From contig CAIIXF020000001.1 of NCBI GenBank assembly GCA_903813345.2, positions 47,368,001 through 47,432,000 on the forward strand: DNA of 64,000 bases. Direction: 5' to 3'. How positions within the stretch are numbered: position 1 is the first letter of the stretch; every line of letters begins with the position of its first letter. The notes beneath the pieces were generated by a model. The model searched no databases. It was not told the DNA's origin and saw nothing but the letters and a program-made list of their open reading frames with translations. The position numbers were made by a program, and so were the translations under genes. The stretch is from Owenia fusiformis (Eukaryota). Of this stretch, positions 39,401 to 51,400 are shown piece by piece.

Positions 39401-42400
39401 TCGGAGCAAATGTGACCAAGACATAAAACAATTGAATAATACTGTATCAGTTTCACATTTACAGCGGTCAAAAGCATTTACAAAAAAACCGCCAGAGTTG
39501 GCAATCATATAAAATGAAACCAATCCCGCTGTGATTCATAGAAATAACTAATTTACTGCATTAAGTTCAATGTTATAACCATGTCGATTTACATGAGTGT
39601 CCGATTCATTGTACCAAAGGATCTTGTACACCTGCCATTATGATCTCCCCATGAACAAAATGAATCATTTTTAGGTGTAATATAAAGAATACAATGTTAC
39701 ATAATACTTTGGAAAATATTTAAGCGTTTGGCCCCACATGGGCTGAGGTTGGGGTCATTAAGTTCAGCAAGGGTGTATTGACTTGACATTGGATGTGTTC
39801 TATTGACTTAAAATGTGGATACCATCAGATTCCAATGGAGGCCATTGGTTTCTATTGATTTTCACAAAAATACCTAAAATACACTATGACCTGAATCGAT
39901 TGCAAATTAAATAATTTCACAATATGACACAAATGGTATTTCAGATCAGATGTGCAAATATAAAGTTTGCAATCGATTCAGGTCATACTTCAAATTAAAA
40001 GATTATTCATTTTTTTCATCATTTTTTTCCTACAAAATGGCTATAGAAAAATGCTTCAAAAGCAACTTTTACACTTATGAAATCCCATACAACTTTGTAA
40101 ATCCAAAGATTATACTGTTATGATTCATTAATTAATAACATATTTTGATAAGATGTAGGGATGTGTAGGATGCAAATGGATTTTGACAGACACAAAAAGA
40201 CTTCCTGGTTTGGCATCTCTACCCCTGTACACTTTATGATTGAATATTGCCCTAAAAAGTGGCTCATTCATCAATACAGAGCTGAATATAGGTCAACAAG
40301 ATACTAGTGTACATATAAATGTAATAATAAAAGCAGTATATTTATTTTGAAAAATCAGATGAATTTATTTTTGTTCATGGGGAGATCATAATGGCAGGTG
40401 TACAAGATCCTTTAAACCTTGACTGTTCTCCAGAAAGCAATAAGCTGACATATATCATATTTTACATTTTAATACAACTGAAAAGATAATAAATGTTTTA
40501 ATATAAAGTTGACGTAGTTATAAATGTTTTCAGCGTAAAATCAAAGCACAACCATATAATTAAAAACATTACGCTGGGATTCCAACTGGATACAACTGAC
40601 GAGTTGTATTTAGGTGGCCTAAAGTGCTGCTTATTTTTTCGTGAAGCCACTCCAGGCCCGTAGCCAGGGGGGGGGGGTCGATGGGTTCGAGTGAACCCCC
40701 CCCTGGCCAAAAATTATTTTAAAATCATGCAGTTTTTCACCATTCTGAGCACTTTTTAAGTGATTTTGGCCATTTTCGGACCAAAATTGTCAAAAGTGAA
40801 CCCCCCCCTGGAATTTTTCAAAAAGTGAACCCCCCCTTGGCAAATCCTGGCTACGGGCCTGCACTCAGTAAAATTACAATTTCTCTCAACCCTGATGTTC
40901 AATCAACATCATTCGAGTATCTATATGTTCTTGACACGTTCGGGCATCCGGTTATGACAACGTCTACCCAATGTTTGCACGAGAAATTGACGTAATTCAT
41001 GACTGAAATCGGGAAGACAAAAATATGTGATATTCTTTCAGAATTGTTTATAATAACTATTTACAAAAACGTTCCCGAGACACAATCCATTTAGGTAGGG
41101 TTTGTTTGAAAGTCGAAAACCCCAATAAGACAATAGAAACCCAGATTAAACCCAGAAGAATGCAGATTTCATGTAATGATTTACGTTCATGTAAACAAGG
41201 AAAGTACATATAATCCCCATATAAAACACTGGCCTACGTGACATGTAAACACAGGTTCAAATTGAAATATAGAAAATTTTCAACATAGCATTTGCTTCTG
41301 TGTTCTGTATGCCCCTCTACCTGCTAATAAGACAATGTATCTTCAAATAAAACGTTAGCCAAGTAGATAAGGGTCTCTGGAACACTTTTGTAAATAGTTT
41401 TCATAAGCAATTTTATTCCCGGACGCCCAAACGTGTCAGGAACACATATATATTTGAATGATCTTGATTGGACATCAGGTTGCAGAGAAATCGTATTTTT
41501 ACTGAGTGGATTATTGAATTTCATAGATCTAGAGGCCCTTCAGGAGGGGAAAACCTTAAATTATCAGAGATTAATGTTTCCAAACTGTTTTGAAACAAAC
41601 TAACGTCTTGTTTTCAACCTACACCTTGCTCCTTTCTGTCGTATTTAATAAAACAAAAATAGTATATCACGGAGGGATACGAACCACTCACCTGGGACTT
41701 GGTTATTCACTAGCGCCATAGGCGTTCTACTATTCTGGATACAACTGACGAGTCCTATTTAAGTGGAGACAAAAGTGAGGATCATTTTGAATTGACGCTC
41801 GGTATAAATATATAATACTTTTGTTCTTTCATATCGGTAGCTCGTTGGCCTAATGGTTAGCGTGCCTGGCTTCCATAGTCTAGGTTAGTTGATCGAGACC
41901 CGTTCATGTCGAACTTTTTGATTTGCTTGTTGTCAAGATATAATAAGTAGGGCAAAATCCAGAAAAAGTAGATCAAAAATACTCCAATGGAGTATAAAAT
42001 TGTCACCAGGATTCCGGAATGAGACGAATGTTAACTCGTGAAATCTCGGTAGATAAGGTAGGTCAGAAAATCCGGATTAATCCGAACAAGGTTCGGGAAT
42101 TTCCGTCATAAGAAGTAGGTCAAAAATACTCCAATGGAGTATAAAATTGTCACCAGGATTCCGAAATACGACGAATCGAATCGGCTAACTTCGGTACAAT
42201 AATGAAGTGCATAAAAATCGTGAAACAGGTGTCAGGGGCTTCCCTCATCTTTCCATAAATGGTTCTAAAAGCCTTATATGGATCTATCACGTGACATTCA
42301 AAATGACGTTCCTATATGGTTCTATAGGCCTTATATGGATCTTTCGAACACGTGACCAAATCAAAATCAAAATCAAAATTTTACCTTGACCATTGGATGG

Positions 42401-45400
42401 GATTTCATAGAAAATATCAATGAAAACATATTCTCGTGATCCTTAAATCACTTAAATTCGATCATTTTATCTTCACCCCTTGATGGAATTTTATGAAAGA
42501 AGTTATGAAAACACATCATCATGTAAGGGTTTTCACCTAAATTAGCTCGTTTTATCTTGACCCTTCAATTGAATTTCATTGAAAAATGTTTCATGAAAAA
42601 TATCATGTTATGATTTGTATTTAAATAAGACCGTTTCATTTAAATACTTGCTGGATAATATTTCATTAAAAAACGCACTTTAAAAATATTTCAGGATTTG
42701 CCTTAATTTATCAATGTAATGTAAGTATTAGATTGACTCTCAAATAGGGTTCTATTTTAACTTTTTTATTGAAATTAATACTAGGCAGGACTCACTCTCT
42801 AAATAGCTAATAAAAATTCAACCCTTGGATGTGATTTCGTTGAAAAAAAAAATATGACAAGTCCAGAATCAAATGATTTGTCCAGAACCTCTTAAGATCC
42901 TGTTCTTACTGTATCTCTAAAATCGGATGAATTTCACTTATGGCAGAGCTGATATTGAACTTTGCAAAACTGATAGTTGCAACTTATAGACAATCTATCA
43001 AATACTGATCATGCAGAAGTTGACACTCTCCTTATGGTCCATGTCTTTTACAGTGCTGCAGACAAGACAAAGGAATTCAATGTTGAGCGAATTTGTATTC
43101 AGCCTAATGATACAGAATGTTGCTTGCAAAGAAGGATGAGAGTTAAAATGAGCTCTTCAAGTTTCTTATGTCTTTCAAGTAAGCATTCTAAATTACTATG
43201 AATCTCAAAGTGCAATACCTATTTGAAGATATATCAAAGATGGGTGTCTTGTACCAGTACTCACAAACAAACCCTCGTAGCAACACAAGAAACATGTGTC
43301 CTTGGCAATTCGGAAATGTAAAAAGGCAAAAGGCAGAGAAAATTGCTAATACAAAGTTTCTAGTCAAGGGTGTAGTATTGCTACCTGTCCATGTGGCAAT
43401 AAACAACACAAGTGCACATTGTTGGACAATATTTTAGGATGAGTTTCTCAGAACTATAAAAATTATTTAGAGATCTTACATATCTGAATATCTTGTGGTG
43501 TCATGAGACATTTAAAATTACTGAAATGCAGCTCTAACGTAGAACCAGGGAGATATCAAAAACCAGGCTGTTGCTGGATTAAGTTCGAGAGTTGTGAACA
43601 ATCATGTTTTTATATAGACATATTCTTTGATTCATACATGTATGAGAGTAAAATGTGAAATTACAAAATTATTTCGCACTGTTCTCAATCTTTTAAAAAT
43701 ATGGTTGTGTTGTAATTTTATCTTTAATATGTACATTTGTGTTTAAAACACATCGTCTATGCTTTGAAGATAACAAGACACATAATTGAATATATATGAT
43801 CTAAAATATATCAACTAATCACCATTCAACTAAAAATATAAACAACTATTGCTGAAAGTGAAAAATTTGTGATTTTGCCCATTTATGTGTCATTTTTGAT
43901 TTGTGCTTATAAATGTGCTAAACTTTTGAAAAGCTTAAAGAGTCACTAATAGGATACCACAATCAAGACCCCTCTGGACTTTTTTGCATATTGAGTTTCA
44001 CCACATATTCACCCATCTACTAACCAAAGAAGAAGTCCCAAATCGCCCTCTTTCATTGTGAATTTTTGCGATTGTGCTGGCCAATCTAATTATTTTCGCA
44101 CAAATTAATTCAATCTGAAGTTTGAATATACCGGGAAAGTCCTCCTGTTATCTGATTGGTCGTTGGATTTGTTTATCATGAATCTGATTGGCTGCCAGGT
44201 TCAAGGCGCTTGTGGGCACTTGTGTGACTCAATGGGGATTCCCCTCGCTAGCCGAGGAATCGATTTTGTTTAATTCTGGAGGTCGGTTGTTCTGTTGATT
44301 ATTTCAATATTTCGACAAATAATATGCCCAAAAGTTATTCTCAAGATATATCCATGGTATGTTAGATATTATATGAGCAAGAACAATAGGACATCATAAA
44401 TTGTCTGGGGGAGAAACCTTTGGTATAATGCACCTTTAAGAATATTAACATGCAATAATAATAAAATTTTTGTTGGTTTTCTTATTAAATGGTGGAGGGG
44501 AGATCTTATACATACATTTTCTATAACTTAAATCAAAGAAGACAGATTCAATAAAAAACATATATCAACTATCATTAAAGAATTATAATTGTGGAAAATT
44601 ATATGCTATTGCTAAAAGCAGAATGCTAAAAATGCCAAATTTTGTCCATAAACTTTAGACAAATGTAATCAAATGAAGGTATACATAGTATTGGTAGAGA
44701 ATAGCTACAATTTTGTTAAAGTTTATGTTTTGAAATTACTTTTTCATTTACATTATAAATGGGGTAGGGGAGATGTGAAGGCTCTAATACGAACATTGGT
44801 TGTCCAATATACATGTTGTCTATATAAAATGGTTGAAGACATGTACAAGTACAGATTTGACCAAGAATGCACCAACCAATCAGCATGAAACTCAAGATAT
44901 AAGGACCTATACGCTATTGCTGAAAGCGAAAATGATAAAAAAAATGCCACGTTTTGTCCTTAAATGTCTCATTTCTAGGCACTAGTTTACCAATAATGGT
45001 TCTGAAATATCTTAAAAACATTAAATAACACATAATATTGATATAGAATAGAAAAGCTACAACTTTGTTAAAGTTTTTTTTATAATTTCAAGTTATTTTA
45101 TATTTTCATATTTTTCTTTAATTTTTCATGATAAATGGGGTAGGGGAGATCTGAAAGCTCTAATGTGACCATTGGTGGTTCACTATACATTTTCTATACC
45201 TTAAATGGAAGAAGACATGTACAAGAACAGATTTGATTAAAATTGCAACAACGAGTAAGCATAAAACTCTATATATGAGGAACTATATGTTAGGGCTGAT
45301 TTACTTTTTCATATGTTTCGGTAATTTTTCATAATAAATGGGGTAGGGGAGATCTGAAAGCTCTAATATGACCATTGGTGGTCCAATATACATTTTTTGT

Positions 45401-48400
45401 ATCTTAAATGGAAGAATACATGTACAAGAACAGATTTGATCAAAATTGCAACAACCAGTCAGCATTAAACTCAAGATATAAGGAACTATATGTTACTGCT
45501 GAAAGCGAAAATGATCAAAAATGCCAAATTTTGTCCTTAATTATCTTATTTCTAGACACTAGTACACTAATGAAGGTCCTGAAACATCTGAAAAAGATTA
45601 AATAATACATAGTGTTAATATTAAATGGCTGGAGTTTTGTTTGAGTTGAACATTTTGACTTTTTGTAGTTTCCATTTTTAGCCATTTTTTTCTAAAAAAT
45701 TCAAGGTATGTCTTCTTCGGACCAGTATTTAGATATGTTCGCAAGAGTTATATGCTTCGCAGGCGAAATCCCTTATGCAGGAAACCCTAATAGAATGAAA
45801 AATACAGAGAAACTCCATCCAGCTCACAAAGTCATTTCTTGCACTATTCTCACACCTTCCACCCCGAGTAATTATGCAATTACAATTTCTATAAAAAACA
45901 GCCCACAACTTACGTATCAAGAACATATACGTCTACCGAATCACACCCCAAAAGTTCATCTAAAATTAAGAGTTATTTACGATTATCAATAAAAGTCACC
46001 TACCAATACAATGAGTATAAGTATAAACATGGACACATACGTGTACAACATGTCCCTACCAATGGATGATCCTATACCGGTATAGATTATCAATCTAAAT
46101 GCCCGGGACATTAATCAGTTGAAAAGACAAAATATCCAAAATGGCCGCCTTAATATTTACCAAGAATGCCAAAAACATAGCGGTTCCGGGTTTGCATACA
46201 AGGAATCTTCCCTGAACTTTTCAAATCGATCAGTCAACCTATTTGCTAGAAAATATTTAGAAAGAATTTACAGAGAAGATTTTAGGATGGAAAACCCGAA
46301 ATGATCCATTTAACATTTACCAAGAATGCTGAAAAACTAGATTCTAGATGTCCATACAAGGAACCAAACCTAAAAATTTGAAATTGATCCTTTGGGTCGA
46401 TTGCTTGAAAAGGAGGGAAATTCCAAATTGACCACCTCAAAAAAACAAGAATGCCCAAATTCATCAGCTCGATATTTTCTCAAAATGGCCCCACGCTATG
46501 TGGATGGGACATAATAAGTTACCAACATTAGAATCGAGCGAATATTTGGATCATAAAAGAAATCAGTACACTTTCATAACCCAAACAATTAATGGCATGA
46601 AAGTAAGCAAAAGTAATTGTTTTGAAAAGTCATGTAAAGAAAGGTATTCCAGAAACGTTTATACAATTAATTAGTCTCAGTATACTCCACTTTATCATTA
46701 TATTCCCAAATATGTCAATAGATTCTGGCGGATTAATTTCTAGGAAATGAAAAATGTTAATTCTTGAAAGAGTTAATTTATCCTAACTACAATAGAAAAG
46801 ATATATGAAAAATCTCCATCCATTAAAACGTGAGGGTACAGAATTGGGTAAACCAATGGTGAATAGAAAAATATTCCATTTATGGTTTGTATTTATTACC
46901 ATATTCAGCCTTGTAAAGTGAATTCATTGGGCCAGCTTGGTCAATCCTATCAAGTCCCTACAATAAATGTAACTGATTAAAATTTGGAATTTTCAGAGTT
47001 ATATGCCATAATATGCAAGCTTCAAGTTGAAGATGTAACTATTTCATTTACAGGTCAATATTACTCATTATTATGCACCTCATTAAAATACTCAAATCTG
47101 ATTGGTTCTTAGTTGCTTGTAATTTGGCAATACTCTGCTCTTTTCTGAAAACTGCCGGATATTTTTTCTCTAAAGGGTCAGATATTTTTTTCAATGTTTT
47201 TGCAACATTCCTACTTCAGAGTTTTATTTCTTAATAACTGGAGTACTACTTAAAGTTTATATCTGAAACTGACGGAAATAGAATAAAAAATGCACTTAAT
47301 CAATCACAATTACCCTTATCATTCAAAAGTTACATATAATTCTGCAAGAACGTCTCGAATAAATAAAAGTTAAATTCCCGGGGCAAATATTTTCGTCCAG
47401 TGTAGCGAATAAACTGGTCGGAAGTCGTCTGAGTTTTGAAAGAAAAAATAAATAAATGTCAAAATAATGTCAACTAAACGACAGTTTAAGCCTGTAAATG
47501 AGGTAAGTAAGTAAGTACTCCACTTAACTTTGATTGGGAGGTGCATAATAAAACAAATACTGGATGATCAGGAGCTGGATATGGCCAGAATACCTATCCT
47601 CGAAAAAATATTGGGCTATTATGCACCTTGTCTAGATTCTGAAATCTGATTAGTTATAAGCTGTTGGTAATTTGGCCATATCTGACTTTGTTAGAAAAAT
47701 GCCCAATCGTTTTTTCAATGTTTTTGCAACATTCTCCACTTAAGAGTTTTATTTGTCAATAACTCGAGTTCTACAAAAAGCTAACATCAGTAACTGATGG
47801 CAAATAGAAGAAAAAAGTGTTCTTAATCAATCACAATTACCCTTATCATTCAAATATTACGCATGATATAATTCTGCAAGAACTAAATTAAATCCCGGGA
47901 CAAGACAACGCTTTTTCGTTTGGTGTATAGTTAGACGGAACTCGTTCGAGTTTTTAAAAAAATCAAAGGTTCTAAAAATGTAAGTACATCGTAGCACACT
48001 CAAAACAAAGATTGATTGAGAAGGTGCACAATAAAACAAATACTGGATGATCGGGAGCTGGACCCGGGGAGCTGGATATGGCCAGAATACCCATCCTTGT
48101 CTCGCCTCGCCTCGCCATATATTTGTTTCTCGAATAGGTATTCTGCCATATCTAGCTCCTGATCATCCAGTATTTGTATATTATAATATGGTCAGAGCAA
48201 TATCAGGTATATAATAGCAAGTGATAAATCACATATTTGGGACAAGGATGATATCAGGATGAGAGGGGTGATATTGATATTAGTAGCAATACAGATTGGT
48301 ACACAAGAACTGGCCAATCAGTGGGATTCATTTTACAGATCATTCGATGAAAGAAAATATTATCTGTTCGATACATAAGGGTTATGTACTGGGAGGTTTT

Positions 48401-51400
48401 GGATGTGGGGTTAATCCAGAGGGAGATATGCATATCTACCCGAGGGGCCGTACATAACTGCTTTATCCTATACCAAGTAGAGTTTTCAGTGAAATTACCG
48501 GAATCGGGAAGATATGCACCGAAGCGGGAAGATATGCACTGAAGCGGGAGATATGGCGGGAGATATGGAGGTTCTGGATATGGAAACCTCAAAATCAGGA
48601 TACGGGATATATCTTACCACCTTATCTCTGTAAAACTCAACTTGGCATAGGATAAATAGAGATTATCCTATATGAGGTTCAGGATATTGGGATTATCCCG
48701 AGGCCAATATAATATATCTGCACGAGGGCCGTAGGTCCCGAGGGTAGATATATTATATTGGCCAAGGGATAATCCCCATATCCTGAACCGACTATAGGAT
48801 GATCTGTTTATCCCATACCAATCACAATGTCCAATTGGCCACAGTTCAGAGACTTCGTTACCAACCTTGGAATTATTTTAAAACATTCATGTCCAGTTTT
48901 GTATTCTTATCCGTAGCCGGATTTTCCTGTTCAAATATTTGAATATTAACGGGGCATACTGCTCCTTCCCTTCTTAAAAGCATCAAACAGATCGGGATTG
49001 TCTGCGTTTTTTCTCCATTGTCGTTTACAATATGCGAACGTTACAACAACGAACCAATACGGGAACAGCGATTATGACGTAGCGGGCAGATATACTATAT
49101 CTGCCCGCTCGGAGCGGGACGTAAAGCTATATCTGCCCGTTGATGAAAATATAAGGTTTTACAAACCGGCTTTATGTACCTGTAACACGTCCAAGTATGG
49201 GATAAAAGTATGCTCCGAGCGGGCAGATATAGTATATCTGCCCGCTACGTCATAATCGCCGCTCGCATATTTGTTCATAATTTGTAACATTCGCGTAATG
49301 ACTGTAAACTACAATGGAGAAAACACAGACAATCGGGATCTGTTTGATGGTTTAAAAAAGGGAAAGAGCATCCACTTAATCAATCAAAAATTCGAGAAAA
49401 TAAATATGGGAATATTTGAGAGAACAGGAAAATCCACGGCCAAGAAAACAAAGCTGGACATGAATATTCTAAAATATTTCCACGATTGAACAATGTGAAC
49501 CAGATGACCAAGGTTGGTATGGGATAAACATATTATCCTATAGTCGGTTCAGGATATTGGGATTATCCCTTGGCCAATATAATATATTTTCCCTCGGGAC
49601 CTGCGGCCCTCGGGCAAATATATTATATTAGCCTCGGGATAATCCCAATATCCTGAACTTCATATAGGATAATCTCTATTTATCCCATACTTGGACGTGT
49701 TACGGGTACATAAAGCCGGTTTGTAAAAACTTATATTTTCATCAGCGGGCAGATATAGCTTTACGTCCCGCTCCGAGCGGGCAGATATAGTATATCTGCC
49801 CGCTACGTCATAATCGCCGCTCGCATATTTGTTCATAATTTGTAACGTTCGCGTAACGACTGTAAACTACAATGGAGAAAACACAGACAATCGGGATCTG
49901 TTTGATGGTTTAAAAAAGGGAAAGAGCATCCACTTAATCAATCAAAAATTCGAGAAAATAAATGTGGGAATATTTGAGAGAACAGGAAAATCCGCCCACG
50001 GCCAAGAAAACAAAACTGGACATGAATATTCTAAAATATTTCCACGATTGAACAATGTAAACCAGATGACCAAGATTGGTATGGGATAAACATATTATCC
50101 TATAGTCGGTTCAGGATATTGGGATTATCCCTTGGCCAATATAATATATTTTCCCTCGGGACCTGCGGCCCTCGGGCAAATATATTATATTAGCCTCGGG
50201 ATAATCTCAATATCCTGAACCTCATATAGGATAATCTCTATATATTTCACTTTTTGTGATTTTATAACATGGGGTCTAGGGGAATCTTCTCGAACTAAAT
50301 ATAGAAGTCACATTTTCCCAAAAGCAAGTCTAGATGTACTTTTATTTGTAAGCTAAGAATGACCCGGTGTGAAAGAAATTATGGTCCCCCATGGATTATG
50401 GTCCTCCCTTTTAAAGGCCCTTACTGTCGCTGACTGTGTATAAGATAATACGGGAAAGAGCACAAAGAGGTCATCATATAAATCAATGGCCATGGAGAGT
50501 AGGACCATAATAGGACCACCTACCCTTTTACACCTACCCATCCACCCACGCACCCATCCAAATGTATCATTATTTTACAATTATTTTTCGTTTATCTGTT
50601 CTGGGAAGGTACCGATGTATTGATTGAGAAAATTCATCAAGGCATCGGCAACTTTTATCTCCGCGATAAAACTCTCCTGGCGCCCGTACACAACGTCTAA
50701 AAATCGGCCGATGTTGCCGATCATCGCCCGGCGCCCGTACAATGCCCGGTCGATCATCGGTCGGACGCCGTCATGAAAATCGGAGCAAATGTAAGTATTA
50801 TATATATATAATGTGAGCTAGGCATTACTCTCATTGATTTACCCCGATCCATCGGCCAGCGCCCGATCGATTGAGTATTTTGTTCACAATTTTATTCAGT
50901 ACTCGACCCTTGTGTAGACTTTTCGAACAAATGAGCACTACTCTTAAAGGTCCATGTGCAGTATGGCAAGTGATTTTAGACGGTGATATCTTTCACAATG
51001 GGTACTTTCTGGCCATCAATACAGTGGTTTTTATTAAAACAATATTGTTTTCTTTCAAGTGAAGTGCCCATGATAGTAGAATATATCGATCTAACTCTCT
51101 GAAAAAGTATGGATTAGGACCCCACCTTGGCACTTTTTTAACATGTTAGGCTCATTTTCTAAAAAGAGGATCTTGTATTCTCAATTTGAACATATCAAAA
51201 GTTTCTTCTACACTATATTAACAATTTCTGAAAAGGGGATGCGTATTGAAATCCGTTAAAGTTAAAAATAACATATCCCATGTTATTTTCCCTTAGGGAA
51301 AACACGCGCTATCCATTGTTTTCAGCATAATTTTGGTCATCGAAAATTGATATCTTCAAAACTAGACTTTCAATACCATTCACCTTTTGAAGATGTTTTA

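Larger units (their letters stand above)
36947..45870. mobile_element. Academ-like foldback transposon, 8.9 kb, ~1.4-kb TIRs built of ~365-bp tandem units, 3-bp TSD ATT
   Basis: ATT|TACTCGGGGTGGAA ... TTCCACCCCGAGTA|ATT; 36990-37190 is the near-exact inverse of 45637-45838; unit marker AACAAAGTTGTAGCTATTCTA at ~37186, 37551, 37915, 38290 and inverted on the right; remnant HAEVDTLLMVHV...I.IQPNDTE (HEEADT...DTD-like) and Cys-rich end at 42980-43610. Confidence 0.82.

Noticed and set aside
41838..41920. Functional tRNA gene
   Set aside because: Stems do not pair convincingly; kept only as a tRNA-derived repeat.
36936..45992. Duplicated ORFs MSSSDQYLDMFARVICFAGEIPYAG (36936..37118 -, 45708..45992 +)
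   Set aside because: By-product of the inverted TIRs; no coding evidence.
49271..50089. Duplicated 72/86-aa ORFs MFIICN...
   Set aside because: Tandem copies of a non-autonomous element with a frameshift between copies.
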